In this document: positions 60,598 to 64,000 of the stretch, one piece after another
How the letters are laid out: every line of letters begins with the position of its first letter
Numbering within the stretch: the first letter of the stretch is position 1
Assembly (NCBI GenBank): GCA_963825135.1
Contig: CAWGRW010000009.1
Span: 352,001-416,000, forward strand
Source of the DNA: an uncultured bacterium
Lineage (GTDB): Bacteria; Desulfobacterota_D; UBA1144; Nemesobacterales; UBA2774
Direction: 5' to 3'
Length of the DNA stretch: 64,000 nucleotides
The notes under the pieces: generated by a model
What the model was told of the DNA's origin: nothing
The model's input: only the letters and a program-made list of their open reading frames with translations
Databases searched by the model: none
Program-made: the position numbers and the translations under genes

Positions 60598-61500
60598 TTA
60601 GTCTCTGAATCTCTTGTCGAGCCATCTGACAATGATTTCCCCGAGCTCTTCCTCTTTCCCCTCGAACGTATGCCCGGCGTTCACGTAGAAAGCGGAGACT
60701 TCATTGTTCCCGGCCTGTATCGCGATCTCGGCCAGGCTGTGCGTCTCTTCGGGCCTGACGACCTCGTCGTACCATCCCTGGATCAGCAGCAGCGGGAGCT
60801 TTATCCTCTCCATCTTGAGGTAAGCCTTCGCGGTGTCGGCCTCGGGCCCTGCCAGGAACCACCATGTCTTGTAGGTGTAGATCTCCGTGTGCCAGGGGAG
60901 GTACGTATTCCCGCGGGCCTTGTAAATGAGGATGGTCCTGTCGTGCTGCGTATTGTAAGGGTCGGGCTTCAGTATCTCTTTCGATTCCTCATAGACCTCT
61001 TCGTACGAGGGCTCGCTCCCCCACCTGTTCCACCGCTTCCGTATGGATTCCGGCATGGAGTAGGGCGTCGCGAGCGACATTATCCCCTTTATGTGCGGGT
61101 AGCGTTGAGGGTCGTTCCTGAGCGAGGCGTATCTCAGCACTATGCATGTGCCGAGGCTGTATCCGGAGATTATGACGTTCTTGTACCCGAGCCTCACCAA
61201 GTAATCGACGGCGCTGTCTATCTGAGGCATTACGTCGTCTATGATCCCGTATCCGAAGAAGAGGCCGAAATTCGCCATGCGCGTGTTTATCGCGAGCGAG
61301 GAATACCCGGCCTCGGCGAGTATCGGGGGGAGGAAGCGCTGGCTCCCGTCGAGGAAGTTCCCGAGGAAACCGTGGACGTGGACGATGGCGGTGTCCTTCT
61401 CGGGCAGCCGGTCGTCCTTGACGGTGCTGTGGTAATAAAGGCCGTCGATCTTGCCCTCGCCCGAGGGTATGGAGACGAGCTCCTGTTCCATGTATTTCAT
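60598..61500 (-). CDS. Alpha/beta hydrolase (paralog of the downstream gene)
   Basis: VHG, GYSLG, IQGWYDEVV, AGH. Confidence 0.85.
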   Translation of the reverse strand: MKYMEQELVSIPSGEGKIDGLYYHSTVKDDRLPEKDTAIVHVHGFLGNFLDGSQRFLPPILAEAGYSSLAINTRMANFGLFFGYGIIDDVMPQIDSAVDYLVRLGYKNVIISGYSLGTCIVLRYASLRNDPQRYPHIKGIMSLATPYSMPESIRKRWNRWGSEPSYEEVYEESKEILKPDPYNTQHDRTILIYKARGNTYLPWHTEIYTYKTWWFLAGPEADTAKAYLKMERIKLPLLLIQGWYDEVVRPEETHSLAEIAIQAGNNEVSAFYVNAGHTFEGKEEELGEIIVRWLDKRFRD

Positions 61501-61662
61501 TCGTCCGTCCGTGCGCACGCAGTATGTAGTGTGAGGAGAGTATATGCCCCGCCCCGGATCAGCGCGCAAAATCGCCAGATAATCTGCAGGATTCTATTTT
61601 AGCAGAGATTATGTTCGGAGAATAGCTAAGGTATAAATCGGGAAAAAGTTTGACGTATGAAT

Positions 61663-61881
61663 TCATGCAGGATCGGAAAAATAACCCCCCGGCTCGCTGA
61701 TAACAGCGTCGGCGAAGCGCTTGGCGTCTTCCCACGTGGGGGACTCCCCGAGCCTAAGCACCTTCTTCGACAATGCGCCCAGGGCGAAAACAGTCTTAGT
61801 CTTCGGGTCCCAGATAATCTGCCAGTTGTCGCTGCCCTCTCCCCTCACCCAGCCGAAGGGGAACGTTCCGACCTCGCCCAC
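61663..61881 (-). CDS. Small hypothetical protein
   Basis: GTG start with AGGAG upstream; plausible globular composition. Confidence 0.5.
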   Translation of the reverse strand: MGEVGTFPFGWVRGEGSDNWQIIWDPKTKTVFALGALSKKVLRLGESPTWEDAKRFADAVISEPGGYFSDPA

Positions 61882-61970
61882 GGGTTATGCTCCTGCTATG
61901 AAGTATTCGCGCCTGGAACCGCCGGGCGCAAGAGTAAATTATTCTCAAACCGCCGTTTGTCAAGCCGCGG

Positions 61971-62705
61971 CTAGCGCACTTCCCTGACGACTTCCCTCGT
62001 GCCCATGGGGTTGGTGAAGACTACCTCGGTGAAGCCGCAATCCTTCATCCTCTCCATCGCGGTCCTGCCGTCGGATACCGTGAGCAGGAAGGGCGCGATG
62101 AAGGACTTCTGGAACGGACAGTTGAGGCAGGAGAAAACGATTGCCTCGTTTAGCTCGCCCCTCGACGAGATGTGTATCGTCGGATAGTTCTTCTGATATT
62201 CCCTGCTCCAGTCGTTAACGCATACGAGCCTGTTCGGGTCGGGGAATACGCGCGGCACGTCGACTACTATCGTCTCGGTCCCCCTCATGCCCTTGAACAC
62301 CGCCTTCGTGAAGCCGCATTTGTGGAGCCTCGTGAGCCCGGTCTCGCCCCTGTACTCGGTCTCGAGGAACGGCTTTACGTAGTGCTCGGCGAGGCTGCAG
62401 TCCGGGCAGCTGAACACCGCTATCTGGTTGTACTGCCCCCGCGTCGTGACGGTTATGCCGGCCTTCTGTCCCTTGTACAGCTGAGTCCATTGCTCGGCGC
62501 AGTAGAGGCGCTGGGGCTCGGGCTCGACGTCGTCCGCCTCGACCCGGTGCGCGTTTTGGAGAGTCTCGACCTGATCTGGGCTTACGGTGTCCGATTCCAT
62601 GTGCGTATCGACGGCATGGGAATATGGAAAACCCGCAATCCCATAAACGAGAGCTGTTGATAAGACTATTAGTGCAAGACGGGTGAAGTACCTCATTCCG
62701 GTCAT
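61971..62705 (-). CDS. Exported protein with two tandem Cys-containing domains
   Basis: Signal peptide; RLxC...W...RG..N...VFSCxxC...PFL...CGFT.xVF repeated twice. Confidence 0.7.
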   Translation of the reverse strand: MTGMRYFTRLALIVLSTALVYGIAGFPYSHAVDTHMESDTVSPDQVETLQNAHRVEADDVEPEPQRLYCAEQWTQLYKGQKAGITVTTRGQYNQIAVFSCPDCSLAEHYVKPFLETEYRGETGLTRLHKCGFTKAVFKGMRGTETIVVDVPRVFPDPNRLVCVNDWSREYQKNYPTIHISSRGELNEAIVFSCLNCPFQKSFIAPFLLTVSDGRTAMERMKDCGFTEVVFTNPMGTREVVREVR

Positions 62706-62863
62706 CCTCCTCTGTTTTACTTATTTTACAGCAATTCGAGGATATATGGAATACCTTTAGTAACACATTAATTTCGCCATAAAAACGACGGGGGATATTG
62801 AGTAGTTACCTCGGCCAAAAAGCGATTGACGCGGGCTCGTTATCGGGAGTCCTCCGGAAGCCC

Positions 62864-63478
62864 TCAGACCGTCCCCTCGTTAAATTCCCCGAGGTCCCTC
62901 GCAATCTCCCTCGACTCCGATCTGAACTCCTCAAGCCCGGACGAGATTCCCGGGTCGTCATTGCCGCGTCTCTTACCGAACAAAGGAAAACGTATAAGGC
63001 ACACGCCCAGGCCGAGCCACGCCCCCCAGAAGACCGCCGCCAGCAACAAAGAGCCGAGAAAAACCATTATCGCGGCGCCAAGGAACTCTCCCGACGTTAT
63101 TACCAGAGGAATGATTATCATACCCTTGAGAGTCGAGATAATCCCGTTGAGAAGACCCCCGAACCTGCCCCCTCCGGGAGAGAGCCCTCCGCCGAGACAC
63201 GCCCCCACGAGTATGGATGCGAAGAGAGGGAACATGGGCGAGACCAGGAGGTATATGAACCCCGATACAAGCCCCGTTATCCCCGCCCGCGCGTACGACA
63301 TGCCCCCCGGCCTTCCGGCGCTCGCAGCGACTGCTACCCCCGTGAGGAGCATAGGATAGAAGAACATGTATCCGAGCGGGACGTTATTCAGAAAGACATA
63401 TCCCAGGAGCAGCGTTACCGCCCCCCACGCTCCCGAGAGCAGCACCGGCGCTATGAATGATTTTATCGTCGCCTTCAT
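62864..63478 (-). CDS. Hypothetical multi-pass membrane protein
   Basis: About six Gly-rich TM segments; AAGGAG RBS. Confidence 0.7.
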   Translation of the reverse strand: MKATIKSFIAPVLLSGAWGAVTLLLGYVFLNNVPLGYMFFYPMLLTGVAVAASAGRPGGMSYARAGITGLVSGFIYLLVSPMFPLFASILVGACLGGGLSPGGGRFGGLLNGIISTLKGMIIIPLVITSGEFLGAAIMVFLGSLLLAAVFWGAWLGLGVCLIRFPLFGKRRGNDDPGISSGLEEFRSESREIARDLGEFNEGTV

Positions 63479-63523
63479 TTGAATCTCCTTGGTAATTTCC
63501 AGTCTATCCGTCGCCAATAAATT

Positions 63524-63562
63524 CCTTCCCCCTTGAGGGGGGAAGGTCAGGATGGGGGTGAA
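63524..63562. repeat. REP-like palindrome
   Basis: CCTTCCCCC-TTGA-GGGGGGAAGG-TCAGGATGGGGGTG. Confidence 0.65.
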
Positions 63563-63621
63563 CCGTCAGACTTGTAATACGCCGAGGCAGAACCACTCTC
63601 ACACCCCCGCTATGCTTCTTT

Positions 63622-64000
63622 TTACTTCTGCGCCTCCCTCGCGCTCGCCTTCTGCTCTTTTATCAAAGCCTTTCCCTCACCCGACAAGGGCGCGGGGGCG
63701 GCGGGGGAAGACATGTTATCGAGCGCGTCCCTGAGCTCGGCCTCCTGCTCCATGGTCCTGGCGTTCTTGTAGGGACTCATGTTGAGGCCGGCGATGCTCT
63801 CATACGCCCTCTTGATTTTGGAGATCGCGCTGTCCTTATCACCCTGTTCGTAGGCCGTCGTCGCCTGGTAATACGCGCCCGACGCGTCGACCGATACCCA
63901 TCTCGCGGTAACGTCCTTGTTCTCGTTCCGGGCGACCTTGCCGGCGTCGTCCGTCACCTGATAGGAGAGCGGGGATGTCAGGTCCGCCGGCTTCTCGTTA
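63622..64000 (-). CDS. Hypothetical protein, 3' part only
   Basis: Frame open to the window edge; helical C-terminal region. Confidence 0.6.
   Translation of the reverse strand, partial: NEKPADLTSPLSYQVTDDAGKVARNENKDVTARWVSVDASGAYYQATTAYEQGDKDSAISKIKRAYESIAGLNMSPYKNARTMEQEAELRDALDNMSSPAAPAPLSGEGKALIKEQKASAREAQK

Overview
A 64 kb bacterial chromosome segment, mostly GC-rich. The IPTL-CTERM protein and 'MKDxxKTKKQL'-start PAS/GAF kinases suggest a deltaproteobacterial/Dadabacteria-like lineage (inference only). It carries metabolic, transport and signalling genes: UvrD-nuclease, MgtA, PPK2, AckA, a cNMP-kinase/REC-TrxB/Zn-finger triad, S53 protease, GH63, a ParDE-type TA pair, TrhO, an RND efflux operon, PntAB, sulfurtransferase-SufE-SufU, NDH-2, TatA, an orphan NuoF and LhgO. 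Three genes have small frameshifts that look like long-read errors. The most unusual signal is non-coding: a family of 88-92 nt elements with the layout [TARTYTGG or tRNA-end CTCGGGG]-~55 variable nt-CC-[22-23 nt hairpin with fully covarying stem and TC..TC loop]-GTT. It forms a 10-unit tandem array on the 3' end of tRNA-Arg(CCT), each unit regenerating the tRNA end. It also occurs nested inside one of its own hairpins and as three solo copies inside REP-like palindromes. No mobilising enzyme is visible in the window. Other highlights are a 1415-aa malate synthase-isocitrate lyase (ICL2-type) fusion and a candidate anti-Shine-Dalgarno sRNA with its own promoter and terminator.
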